Positions 18,050 through 26,922 of a stretch of 32,000 bases of DNA are shown piece after piece. Position 1 is the first letter of the stretch. The number at the start of each line of letters is the position of its first letter. Below the pieces are notes generated by a model. The model was not told the origin of the DNA and did not search any database. It saw only the letters and a program-made list of their open reading frames with translations. The stretch covers positions 180,001-212,000 of the forward strand of contig NZ_CP059223.1 of NCBI RefSeq assembly GCF_014252415.1. The letters run 5' to 3'. Origin of the DNA: Candidatus Saccharimonadota bacterium. GTDB lineage: Bacteria; Bacteroidota; Bacteroidia; Flavobacteriales; Blattabacteriaceae. Made by a program: the position numbers and the translations under genes.

Positions 18050-19135
18050 TTAAATAATATATTTTTTAATTTTATTTATTAAATATTTATTTTCTTCATG
18101 AGTACCAATAGTAATTCTTATACAATTATTACATAATATAATTTTTGATCTATCTCTAACAATGATGTTATTATTAATTAAATAACGATACAAATTTTTT
18201 GAAGAATGATTTATTTTTACTAATATAAAATTAGTTGAACTAGGATATACTTTTTTTATAAAAGAAATTTTTTTTAAAGATTTAATTATATTAGTTCTTT
18301 CTTTAATGATAGATTTTAAATGATTTAAAAAAATATTTTTATTTTCAAGTGATTCTATTGCTATTTTTTGTGATAGCATGCTTATATTATAAGGATATTT
18401 AATTTTATTCATTAATTTTATAATTTCTTTCGAAGCGATTCCTATACCTATTCTTATCCCAGCTAACCCCCAAGATTTAGATAAAGTTTGTAAAATTATT
18501 AAATTTGGATATTTACTAATTTTTTTTGAAAAAGACTCTTCTGATGAAAAATCTATATATGCTTCATCTAATACAACAATACCGTGAAATGTATTTAATA
18601 TTTCTTCAATATATTCTTTTTTAATATCGTTTCCTGTTGGATTATTAGGAGTACAAATAAATATAATTTTACTATATTTATTAATAACTGATTTTAACTT
18701 AATTAAGTTTAATTGATAATTTTCTTTTATAAGAGGAATTTTTATTACATTTATTCCATGGATATTACCTATTATTTCATACATTCCATATGTAGGAGGG
18801 AATATTATTGAGTTATCTATTTCTGGACGAGAAAAAATTCTATATAATAAATCTATTATTTCGTCGCTACCATTTCCTAAAAAAATATTACGTACAGGGA
18901 TTTTTTTTATTTTTGATATTTTTTGTTTCAACTTTTCTTGTAATGGATCAGGATATCTATTATAAGAATTTTTAAAACACAAGGGTGCTCCAAACGAATT
19001 TTCATTCGCATCTAAATATATATATTTATTGTTATTTATTTCACTAAATTCATATCTAGCTGATGAATATGGGTTTATATTTAAAATATTACTTCTTATC
19101 AAAGAAGATAAATCAAAATTTTGTATTTTACTCAT
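18050..19135 (-). CDS. hisC: Histidinol-phosphate aminotransferase
   Basis: 361 aa, LDANENSFG...YPDP...LGNGSDE...CTPNNPTGN...VVLDEAY...LQTLSKSWGLAGIRIG (PLP lysine). Confidence 0.94.
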   Translation of the reverse strand: MSKIQNFDLSSLIRSNILNINPYSSARYEFSEINNNKYIYLDANENSFGAPLCFKNSYNRYPDPLQEKLKQKISKIKKIPVRNIFLGNGSDEIIDLLYRIFSRPEIDNSIIFPPTYGMYEIIGNIHGINVIKIPLIKENYQLNLIKLKSVINKYSKIIFICTPNNPTGNDIKKEYIEEILNTFHGIVVLDEAYIDFSSEESFSKKISKYPNLIILQTLSKSWGLAGIRIGIGIASKEIIKLMNKIKYPYNISMLSQKIAIESLENKNIFLNHLKSIIKERTNIIKSLKKISFIKKVYPSSTNFILVKINHSSKNLYRYLINNNIIVRDRSKIILCNNCIRITIGTHEENKYLINKIKKYII

Positions 19136-19143
19136 TATTTATA

Positions 19144-20439
19144 CTATTTTAATCTTATATCAATAGATTTTTTATGTGCTAATAATCCTTCTTCTGAAGA
19201 TAAAGTATTTATACATTTTGATAAATTTTTTAGACCTTTTTTAGATATTTCTTGAAAAGTCATTTTTTTTATAAAACTATCAATAGATATCCCACTATAT
19301 GATTTTGGACTACCATTAGTAGGAAGAACATGATTCGTTCCTGTAGCATAATCTCCTGCACTTACCGGGGAATAATTTCCTAAAAAAACAGATCCTGCAT
19401 TAAATATTTTTTTACTCCATTCATAATAATTATTACAGTTAATAATTAAATGTTCTGGAGCAATTTCATTTGATAATTTTATACATTCTTTTATAGAAGA
19501 AAAAGTTATTATTTTACTATTTTTTATAGATTTATTTATAATATTTTTTCTATTTTCTAGATAATTTATTTGTTTTTTTAAAGATTTATTCATTTCATGA
19601 ATCCATGATTGTTTGTTAGTAGTAATTATAATAGCATAACTTTCAGTATCATGTTCTAATTGAGATAATACATCAGAAGCTACATAATTTGGATTTGCTG
19701 TATTATCTGCAATGATAACAACTTCAGATGGTCCAGCAGGGACATCTATAGATACAGATGTTTTTTGAGAAATAATTTTTTTTGCCTTATTAACATAAGA
19801 ATTTCCTGGACCAAATATTTTATATACAGAGGGAATACTTTTTGTTCCATATGCCATTGCAGCAATAGCTTGTGCTCCTCCTAATTTATATATATGATAT
19901 ATTCCTAAATATTTTGCTGTATATAAAATAGATTGATGTACACTTCCTTTTTGGTTAGGGGGGGTACATAAAATTATATTTTTACATCCAGCTAATTTAG
20001 CAGGTACCCCTAACATCAATATAGTAGATATAAGTGGAGCAGTCCCTCCAGGGATATATAACCCAATTTTTTCTATAGGTATATTTTTAGTCCAACAGTT
20101 AACTCCATCTACAGGTGTTATTTTTTTTTGAATTTTATTTATTTGATTTTCATGAAAATATTTTATATTTTCATATGATTTTGTAATAGAATTTTTTAAT
20201 TCTTTTGATATTTTTTTATTAGATTTATTAATTTCTTCATCAGAAACTTTAAATATGTTAATATCAACATTATCGTATTTTTTAGTATAATGGTTTAAAG
20301 CTAGATCTCCATATATTTTTACATTTTTTATTATAGATGAAACTAATGATGTTAATATTGAATTTTTTTTTGAATTTTTTTTATTAAAAATAAATTTTAA
20401 TATATTATTAAATTTAGGTTCAATATCTATTTCAATCAT
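19144..20439 (-). CDS. hisD: Histidinol dehydrogenase
   Basis: 431 aa, YIPGGTAPLISTILMLGVPAKLAGC...GGAQAIAAMAYGT...IFGPGNSYV...DVPAGPSEVVIIAD...SQLEHD...APEHL...GDYATGTNHVLPT. Confidence 0.96.
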   Translation of the reverse strand: MIEIDIEPKFNNILKFIFNKKNSKKNSILTSLVSSIIKNVKIYGDLALNHYTKKYDNVDINIFKVSDEEINKSNKKISKELKNSITKSYENIKYFHENQINKIQKKITPVDGVNCWTKNIPIEKIGLYIPGGTAPLISTILMLGVPAKLAGCKNIILCTPPNQKGSVHQSILYTAKYLGIYHIYKLGGAQAIAAMAYGTKSIPSVYKIFGPGNSYVNKAKKIISQKTSVSIDVPAGPSEVVIIADNTANPNYVASDVLSQLEHDTESYAIIITTNKQSWIHEMNKSLKKQINYLENRKNIINKSIKNSKIITFSSIKECIKLSNEIAPEHLIINCNNYYEWSKKIFNAGSVFLGNYSPVSAGDYATGTNHVLPTNGSPKSYSGISIDSFIKKMTFQEISKKGLKNLSKCINTLSSEEGLLAHKKSIDIRLK

Positions 20440-20454
20440 GTTATGTTAATAATT

Positions 20455-21312
20455 TTATAATATAATTTTTTCTATCGGAATAACTAAAATATCTTTCGCT
20501 CCAAGTGATTTTAAATTTTCTATAATTTTCCAAAAATCATTTTCGTTAATAACGGAATGAACAGAACTAAATTTCGAATTTGATAGAGGAAGTATAACAG
20601 GATTTTTAATTCCTGGAAGAGATGATATTATACTTTGTAATTGTTTGTTAGGTGCATTTAATAATATATATTTATTATTTTTTGCTTGTTTTACTGATCT
20701 AATTCTAAATAATAGTTTATTCATTATTATTTTTTTTGAAAATGTTAAATTAATATTTGCCGCTAAAACAGCTTCTGATTTTAATATAGTTTCTACTTCT
20801 TTTAATCCATTCATAAATAATGTAGATCCACTACTTACTAAATCACAAATACAATCAGCTAATCCTATACCAGGAGCTATTTCTACGGCTCCTGATATTT
20901 CATGAATATCAGATTTAATACATTTTTTTCTAAAAAATTTTTTTACCAAAAAAGGATAACTTGTTGCAATTTTTTTTCCATTTAAATCATTTATATTTTT
21001 ATAAATTAAGGATTTAGGAACCGCTATAGATAATCTACATTTTCCAAAACCCAAAGATTCTTTTATATTTATTTTTTTTCTTTTTTCCAATAATACATTT
21101 TTTCCTACGATTCCTATATCAGCTACTCCATCTTCTAAATATTGAGGAATATCATCATCTCTTAAAAAAAGAATTTCTAAAGGAAAATTTAATGCTGTTG
21201 TTTTTAATTTATCTATACCAATATTAATTTCGATACTACAGTCTTTCAATAATTTAATTGAGTCTTCATAAAGACGTCCCGATTTTTGAATAGCTATTTT
21301 AAGTTTATCCAT
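20455..21312 (-). CDS. hisG: ATP phosphoribosyltransferase (long form)
   Basis: 285 aa, LKIAIQKSGRLYEDSIKLL...RDDDIPQYLEDGVADIGIVGKNVL...IATSYP...GAVEIAPGIGLADCICDLVSSGSTL, plus a C-terminal regulatory domain. First gene of the his operon. Confidence 0.95.
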   Translation of the reverse strand: MDKLKIAIQKSGRLYEDSIKLLKDCSIEINIGIDKLKTTALNFPLEILFLRDDDIPQYLEDGVADIGIVGKNVLLEKRKKINIKESLGFGKCRLSIAVPKSLIYKNINDLNGKKIATSYPFLVKKFFRKKCIKSDIHEISGAVEIAPGIGLADCICDLVSSGSTLFMNGLKEVETILKSEAVLAANINLTFSKKIIMNKLLFRIRSVKQAKNNKYILLNAPNKQLQSIISSLPGIKNPVILPLSNSKFSSVHSVINENDFWKIIENLKSLGAKDILVIPIEKIIL

Positions 21313-21332
21313 ATATTAGGAGAAAAAATAAC

Positions 21333-21356
21333 AAAAGCTTACTTTTGTAAGCTTTT
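21333..21356 (-). promoter_or_regulatory. Terminator-like hairpin in the hisG 5' leader (10-bp stem, 4-nt loop, U-rich flanks on both strands)
   Basis: AAAAGCTTAC (21333-21342) pairs perfectly with GTAAGCTTTT (21347-21356), with loop TTTT. On the minus strand it is followed by TTGTTATTTTTTCTCCTAATAT and then the hisG ATG. On the plus strand it is followed by TATTTTTATTTTT. It lies between the divergent hisG and xth genes. Confidence 0.45.
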
Positions 21357-21407
21357 TATTTTTATTTTTCAATCTTATTCTTTTACTTTACAAATTATGT
21401 ATTTAGG

Positions 21408-21415
21408 CAAATATA
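21408..21415 (-). promoter_or_regulatory. Candidate -7 promoter box TATATTTG for the his operon
   Basis: The plus strand reads CAAATATA, which is TATATTTG on the minus strand and an exact TAnnTTTG match. It lies about 95 nt upstream of the hisG ATG and upstream of the leader hairpin. Confidence 0.3.
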
Positions 21416-21467
21416 AGTACAATTTTGAATATTTTATTTACAATATGATTAATCATTTTATTATGAA

Positions 21468-22241
21468 ATGAAAAAAATTAAAATTATTAGTTATAATATT
21501 AACGGAATTAGATCTGGTATGTATAAAGGGTTTAATTATTGGATTTTAAAAAATAATCCAGATATTATTTGTTTACAAGAAATTAAAGCAAATTTTGATC
21601 AAATAAATGTCTCATATTTTGAAAAAATGGGGTATTATCATTATTGGTTTTCTTCTAAAAGAAAAGGTTATAGTGGAGTAGGAATATTATCAAAAGAAAA
21701 ACCAATTCATGTAGAATATGGAATAGGAATAGATGATATTGATGAAGAAGGTAGAGTAATACGTATTGATTTAAATAATCATAAAATATCTGTGATAAGT
21801 CTTTATATTCCATCTGGAAATAATGTAAATAGAATAAAATTTAAATTTTTTTTTATGAAAAAATTTTTTTTATATATAAAAAAAATAATAAAAATAATTC
21901 CTAATATGATTGTATGTGGAGACTATAACATATGTCATAATAAAATAGATATTCATGATCCTATTAATAATGAAAATGTTTCAGGATTCTTATTAGAAGA
22001 AAGAAAATGGATTAGTAATTTTATAAAATTAGGATTTATAGATAGTTTTAGAAACTATACAAAAATTGGGGGGCATTATAGTTGGTGGAGTTATCGTAAT
22101 TATTCAAAATTAAGAAATAAAGGATGGAGAATTGATTATGTAATGATTAGTAATTATCTAATAAATAGAATGATTAATTCTTATTTATTACCTGAAGTAT
22201 CTTATTCTGATCATTGTCCGGTTGTTTTAGAAATGAGATAA
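21468..22241 (+). CDS. xth: Exodeoxyribonuclease III (AP endonuclease)
   Basis: 257 aa, IISYNINGIRS...PDIICLQEIK...GYSGVGILSK...LYIPSG...VCGDYNICH...WWSYR...GWRIDYVMIS...SDHCPVVLE. Confidence 0.93.
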   Translation: MKKIKIISYNINGIRSGMYKGFNYWILKNNPDIICLQEIKANFDQINVSYFEKMGYYHYWFSSKRKGYSGVGILSKEKPIHVEYGIGIDDIDEEGRVIRIDLNNHKISVISLYIPSGNNVNRIKFKFFFMKKFFLYIKKIIKIIPNMIVCGDYNICHNKIDIHDPINNENVSGFLLEERKWISNFIKLGFIDSFRNYTKIGGHYSWWSYRNYSKLRNKGWRIDYVMISNYLINRMINSYLLPEVSYSDHCPVVLEMR

Positions 22242-22251
22242 TAAAATATAA

Positions 22252-22324
22252 TGACCTGACTGGGATTCGAACCCAGGACCCTTACATTAAAAGTGTAATG
22301 CTCTACCAGCTGAGCTACCAGGTC
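22252..22324 (-). tRNA. tRNA-Lys (anticodon UUU), CCA not encoded
   Basis: Manual cloverleaf fold of the minus strand: acceptor GACCTGG/TCAGGTC (one G-U pair), D arm GCTC-AGCTGGTA-GAGC, anticodon arm TTACA-CTTTTAA-TGTAA (anticodon TTT). Variable loop GGGTC, T arm CTGGG-TTCGAAT-CCCAG, discriminator A. Confidence 0.9.
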
Positions 22325-22384
22325 AAAATTAATTGACTAAATAAAGTAAGTGAAACAAATATACTATAAATTTTACGTTTTTTT

Positions 22385-22900
22385 ATGAAAATTACACTGA
22401 TGGGATACATGGGGTCTGGTAAAACTACTATTGGAAAAATATTGTCAAAAAAATTAAATTATAAATTTTATGATTTAGATGATTTAATTAAAGAAAATCA
22501 AAATAATTCAATTGAAAATATTTTTAATGAATATGGAGAATTATATTTTAGAAATATAGAAAATACAATTTTAAAAAATTTTTTCAATAAAAATATTAAA
22601 TCATATGTTTTGTCTGTTGGTGGTGGTACTCCATGTTATTACAATAATATTTATTTAATGAATAAATTTTCAAAAACTTTTTATCTAAAAATGGATAGTT
22701 TTTTTTTATTTAAAAGATTATTACTAAATAAAAATAGACCTATAATATTTAACTTGGAAAAAAAAAACTTATTTAAGTTTATTATGAATCATTTATTAAA
22801 AAGAACTTTTTTTTATGAAAAATATTATAAAAAAATAATTGTTAATAATAAATCTAAAAATGAAATAATCAAAGAATTTTATAAATTTATAAAATATTAA
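22385..22900 (+). CDS. aroK: Shikimate kinase
   Basis: 171 aa, ITLMGYMGSGKTTIGKILSKKLNYKFYDLDDLI...FRNIE...LSVGGGTP, showing the P-loop and shikimate kinase layout. Confidence 0.88.
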   Translation: MKITLMGYMGSGKTTIGKILSKKLNYKFYDLDDLIKENQNNSIENIFNEYGELYFRNIENTILKNFFNKNIKSYVLSVGGGTPCYYNNIYLMNKFSKTFYLKMDSFFLFKRLLLNKNRPIIFNLEKKNLFKFIMNHLLKRTFFYEKYYKKIIVNNKSKNEIIKEFYKFIKY

Positions 22901-22917
22901 ATATTTTATATTATAAT

Positions 22918-24278
22918 ATGAAATATTATTCTTATAATAAAAAAATAAATTTGTTATCAGAAACAAAAAAATTTTTTCTACATTTACGTAAACAATATAA
23001 TAATAATATTGGAGTAGCTGTTAGTGGTGGATTAGATAGTATGGTACTTCTTCATTTATTACTAAATATTTTTGATAAATTAGAAGTAATTCATTGTAAT
23101 TTTAATTTGAGAAATTATGCGTCTAATGAAGATGAATTATTTGTACATAACTTTTGTAAAAATAATGATATAATATGTCATATTAAAAAATTTAATGTTT
23201 CAAAAAAAAAAATTTTTCTACTCAAATGTTAGCTAGGAAACTAAGATATAACTGGTTTCATGATTTATTAAATAAAAATAGATATGAATGTATTGCTGTA
23301 GGTCATCATTTTGATGATTCCATAGAAACTTTTTTCATAAATCTTATAAGAGGAACTGGAATAAAGGGATTATTAGGTATACCTAAATATACTAAAGAAA
23401 TTATACGTCCTCTTTTTAATTTTAGAAAAAAAGATATACTGTCTTATGCTAAAGAAAATAATATTAAATGGAGGTTGGATTGTAGTAATTTTGAAACAAA
23501 ATATATTAGAAATAAAGTTAGGTTAACTTTAGGCCCAATTTTAAATTCTTTTTCATATAATCTTTATAATGGTATAAAAAATACCATGAATTTTCTTCAT
23601 GATGAAAGTATTCTAATAGAAAAAAATATAAATAAAATTCATGATGATATTACTATATATAAAAAAAGTAATCCTTTTATTTGGAAAATAAATAATGAAA
23701 AGTTAAAAAAGTTTAATCCCTTATATTTTTATTTATTTAAATTATTTTATCCATATGGATTTTATGATATTAATAGTTTAATACGTGTTTTAGATGCAGA
23801 ATCTGGAAAAAAATTATTTTCTAAAAAATATTGTCTTATTAAAGATAGAAATTGTTGGATTGTCATAAAAAATGAATTTTTTTCATATTTAAATAAAAAA
23901 AAATTTTTTTACATACCAAATTTAAAATTATCTAATAAATTTCATTTACCTATAAAAATAAAATTTTTAAAAAAAAAATTTTATAATGAATATAAAAAAA
24001 ATTATGAAAAAATATTTTTTATTGATTTTGATAAAATACAATTTCCATTGTTATTAAGAATATATAAAAAAGATGATTTTTTTTATATCAATAAAAAAAA
24101 GAAATTTTTAATTAAATACTATAAAGATAATAAATTCTCTTTTTTAGAAAAAAAACAAACATGGTTATTAATAAACGGTAATAATGATATTATTTTAATA
24201 ACAAAAAATTGTATAATAGATGATAGGTATAAAATTACAGATAAAACTAAAAATACACTTATTATTTTAATACAATAA
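22918..24278 (+). pseudogene. tilS: tRNA(Ile)-lysidine synthetase, split into two frames by a frameshift in an A11 run (fragments 22918-23232 and 23226-24278)
   Basis: Fragment 1 carries the PP-loop (IGVAVSGGLDSMVLLHLL). The second frame is open from 23196 and reads CFKKKNFSTQMLARKLRYNWF...AVGHHFDDSIETFFINLIRGTGIKGL, the conserved TilS continuation (SxQxxARxxRYxWF, HHxDD). The frames switch within A11 at 23202-23212, and one additional A restores a single ORF of about 450 codons. Confidence 0.85.
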
Positions 24279-24286
24279 AAATTTTT

Positions 24287-24919
24287 ATGATAGAAAAAAA
24301 ATTTTTTTATATAAAAAATATAGTTCCAAAATATGTAAAAATATTAATAGTTTCTAAAAAACAAAATATATGTTCTATAAAAAAATTGTATAAAGTAGGA
24401 CAAAAAGATTTTGGAGAAAATTATGTACAAGACATTGTAGAAAAATATAATAAACTTCCAAAAGACATAAGATGGCACATGATCGGAAATATACAAAGTA
24501 ATAAATTAAAATATATAATACCTTTTATTTATTTAATTCATAGTGTTCAAAAATTAAAACATATTAAAATAATTAATGAAATAGGATTAAAATTTAATAA
24601 AATTGTTAAATGTCTTTTACAAATACGTATTTCTAATGATCCTAATAAATCTGGTATTTATAATGAAAAAATTTCTAATTTATTAGATTATAGCAAAAAT
24701 ATGACTAATATAAAAATATTAGGATTAATGGGGATTGCATCATTTAAAGAAATAAAAAATGTAGAAAATGAATTTTTATATTTGAGTAATATATATAATA
24801 AATTAAAAATTAAATATAATTTTAATATTCTTTCTATGGGAATGAGTAGAGATTTTATTTCAGCTATTAAATATAATACAACTATGATCCGAATAGGATC
24901 TATAATATTTAAAAAGTAA
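24287..24919 (+). CDS. yggS: YggS family pyridoxal-phosphate homeostasis protein
   Basis: 210 aa, KILIVSKKQ (PLP lysine)...GQKDFGENYVQ...IRWHMIGNIQSNKLKYI...IHSV...LQIRISNDPNKSG...LGLMGIAS...LSMGMSRDF...TMIRIGSIIF. Confidence 0.88.
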   Translation: MIEKKFFYIKNIVPKYVKILIVSKKQNICSIKKLYKVGQKDFGENYVQDIVEKYNKLPKDIRWHMIGNIQSNKLKYIIPFIYLIHSVQKLKHIKIINEIGLKFNKIVKCLLQIRISNDPNKSGIYNEKISNLLDYSKNMTNIKILGLMGIASFKEIKNVENEFLYLSNIYNKLKIKYNFNILSMGMSRDFISAIKYNTTMIRIGSIIFKK

Positions 24920-24983
24920 CTAAAGTAAGTTGTTCATTAATTTCATTAGGAATAATAATCCCTACTCCAGCTAATGTTATATA

Positions 24984-25754
24984 TTATATAAATTGATTAA
25001 TAAAATTTTTTATATTTTTATGTAAATCATTTTTTATTAAAAATTCAATAAAATAACTACCAATAACCCCTCCATTAGAATATTTACATGCTAAATCAAA
25101 TGATTTTTTATTATTTATTCCAAAACCAATTAATTTTGGTTTTTTTATATTTAATTTATTAATCTTTTTAAAAAAGGAAATTTGTCTTTTTCCAAAAGAT
25201 TCAACTTCTCCTGTAACAGAATTAGAAGATACTATATAAATAAATCCATTTGTTATTTTACTTATTAGAATAATTCTAGATATACATGTTTGTGGGGTAA
25301 TTAAAAATATTATAGGAATAGAATATTTATCAAATATTACTTGATAATTTTTTATAAAAAAATCAATAGGAATATCTGGAAATATTAATCCTGATATATT
25401 TATTTCATTACATTTTTTCAAAAATTTAATTTCACCAAATTTATAAAATTGATTAAAATATCCCATTAAAATTATTGGTTTATTTATTAAATCCCTAATT
25501 TTTTTTATTTGTGAAAATAATAAAGAAATATTCATTCCATTTTGTAATGCAATTTTATTGCTATTTTGAATAGTCATTCCATCAGATAATGGATCTGAAT
25601 ATGGAATTCCTATTTCAATCAAATCTACAGGAACATTTTGTAATTCTTTTAAAATTATTGATGTACTATCTATATTTGGATAACCTGCTGTGAAATAAAT
25701 ACATAATACATTTTTATTTTTTTTTTTAAAAAAATTATATAATTGATTTTTCAT
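24984..25754 (-). CDS. trpA: Tryptophan synthase alpha chain
   Basis: 256 aa, LCIYFTAGYPN...DLIEIGIPYSDPLSDGMTIQ...GLIFPDIP...FIYIVSSNSVTG...GFGI. Its start overlaps the trpB end by 20 nt. Confidence 0.94.
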   Translation of the reverse strand: MKNQLYNFFKKKNKNVLCIYFTAGYPNIDSTSIILKELQNVPVDLIEIGIPYSDPLSDGMTIQNSNKIALQNGMNISLLFSQIKKIRDLINKPIILMGYFNQFYKFGEIKFLKKCNEINISGLIFPDIPIDFFIKNYQVIFDKYSIPIIFLITPQTCISRIILISKITNGFIYIVSSNSVTGEVESFGKRQISFFKKINKLNIKKPKLIGFGINNKKSFDLACKYSNGGVIGSYFIEFLIKNDLHKNIKNFINQFI

Positions 25755-26922
25755 TTAAAAATTCATTATAAATATTAATATCTTTATCTCCTCTTCCAGA
25801 TAAAGTTAATATAACTATATCATTTTTATTAAAACTTATTTTTTTTAAAACAGATAATGCATGAGCACTTTCTAATGCTGGAATAATACCTTCTAGTTTA
25901 ATTAATTCACATCCTGCTTTAATGGATTCTATATCATTGGAATATAAAAATTTTACTCGTTTTTTTTCAAATAAATTAGCATGCATTGGTCCAATTCCAG
26001 GATAATCTAAACCTGGAGATATTGAATATGCAGGAAGAACTTGCCCATCTTTATCTTGTAATAATAAAGTCATACTACCATGTAGTATTCCTTTAGATCC
26101 ACAATGAATAGAGGCAGCTGTTTTATTAGTTTTTATACCTAATCCAGAAGCCTCAACTGCTATAAGTTTTACATTTTTATTGTGTAAAAAATGATAAAAA
26201 GATCCAGCTGCATTACTTCCTCCACCTATACAAGAAATTATATAATTTGGATCTATATATCCTTTTTTTTTTAATTGAAATTTTATTTCTTTACTTATAA
26301 TTGATTGTAAATCTGCGACCATTTGTGGATATGGATGTGGACCTACAGTTGATCCGATTAAATAATAACTTTCATTATTATTGATCCAATAACGTATAGA
26401 TTCGTTTACAGCATCTTTTAACGTTTTTTCTCCACTAGAGACTGGAATAATTTTAGCTCCTAGTGATTGTATTTTTAAAACGTTATATGATTGTCTATTC
26501 ATATCTTTTTCTCCCATAAATATAATACATTTTAAATCCATTAATGCACAAGTAGTAGCTACAGCTATTCCGTGTTGTCCAGCCCCAGTTTCAGCAATTA
26601 TTTCTTTTTTTCCTAATTTTATAGCTAACAAGCATTGTCCAATTGTATTATTAATTTTATGAGATCCTGTATGATTTAAATCTTCTCTTTTAAAAAAAAT
26701 CTTTGCTTTATACTTTTTAGAAAATTTTTTAGAAAACATTAAAGGAGATGGTCTACCTACATAATTTTTTAATATTGTTTTATATAGTTTTTTGAAACTA
26801 CGACTATTAATAAACTTCTTATAATTTATTTGAAGTTCTTTTATATTTTTATATAACATTTCTGGAATAAATGCCCCTCCAAATTTTCCATAAAATCCAT
26901 CCTTATTTACAAAGAAAGTCAT
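25735..26922 (-). CDS. trpB: Tryptophan synthase beta chain
   Basis: 395 aa, GKFGGAFIPEML...YVGRPSPL...FKREDLNHTGSHKINN...ETGAGQHG...GGGSNAAG...PGLDYPGIGP...LSGRGDKD. Confidence 0.97.
   Translation of the reverse strand: MTFFVNKDGFYGKFGGAFIPEMLYKNIKELQINYKKFINSRSFKKLYKTILKNYVGRPSPLMFSKKFSKKYKAKIFFKREDLNHTGSHKINNTIGQCLLAIKLGKKEIIAETGAGQHGIAVATTCALMDLKCIIFMGEKDMNRQSYNVLKIQSLGAKIIPVSSGEKTLKDAVNESIRYWINNNESYYLIGSTVGPHPYPQMVADLQSIISKEIKFQLKKKGYIDPNYIISCIGGGSNAAGSFYHFLHNKNVKLIAVEASGLGIKTNKTAASIHCGSKGILHGSMTLLLQDKDGQVLPAYSISPGLDYPGIGPMHANLFEKKRVKFLYSNDIESIKAGCELIKLEGIIPALESAHALSVLKKISFNKNDIVILTLSGRGDKDINIYNEFLNEKSII

Noticed and set aside
20645-20905. 86-aa plus-strand ORF inside hisG
   Set aside because: Antisense shadow ORF of hisG.
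21313-21467. Classical His-codon leader peptide attenuator upstream of hisG
   Set aside because: No run of CAT/CAC codons occurs on the his strand. The only short ORF (MINHIVNK) has a single His, so the enterobacterial-type his leader model does not fit.
21286-21471. 61-aa plus-strand ORF spanning the hisG-xth spacer
   Set aside because: It begins inside the hisG 5' end and runs through the promoter and hairpin region. The translation is low-complexity (F/I/Y/K) with no family resemblance. The spacer is better explained as regulatory sequence.
22341-24930. Shared 10-mer TAAAGTAAGT in two spacers (22342-22351 after tRNA-Lys; 24921-24930 after yggS)
   Set aside because: A single short A/T-rich word occurring twice in 32 kb of AT-rich sequence is compatible with chance, and no extended similarity flanks it.
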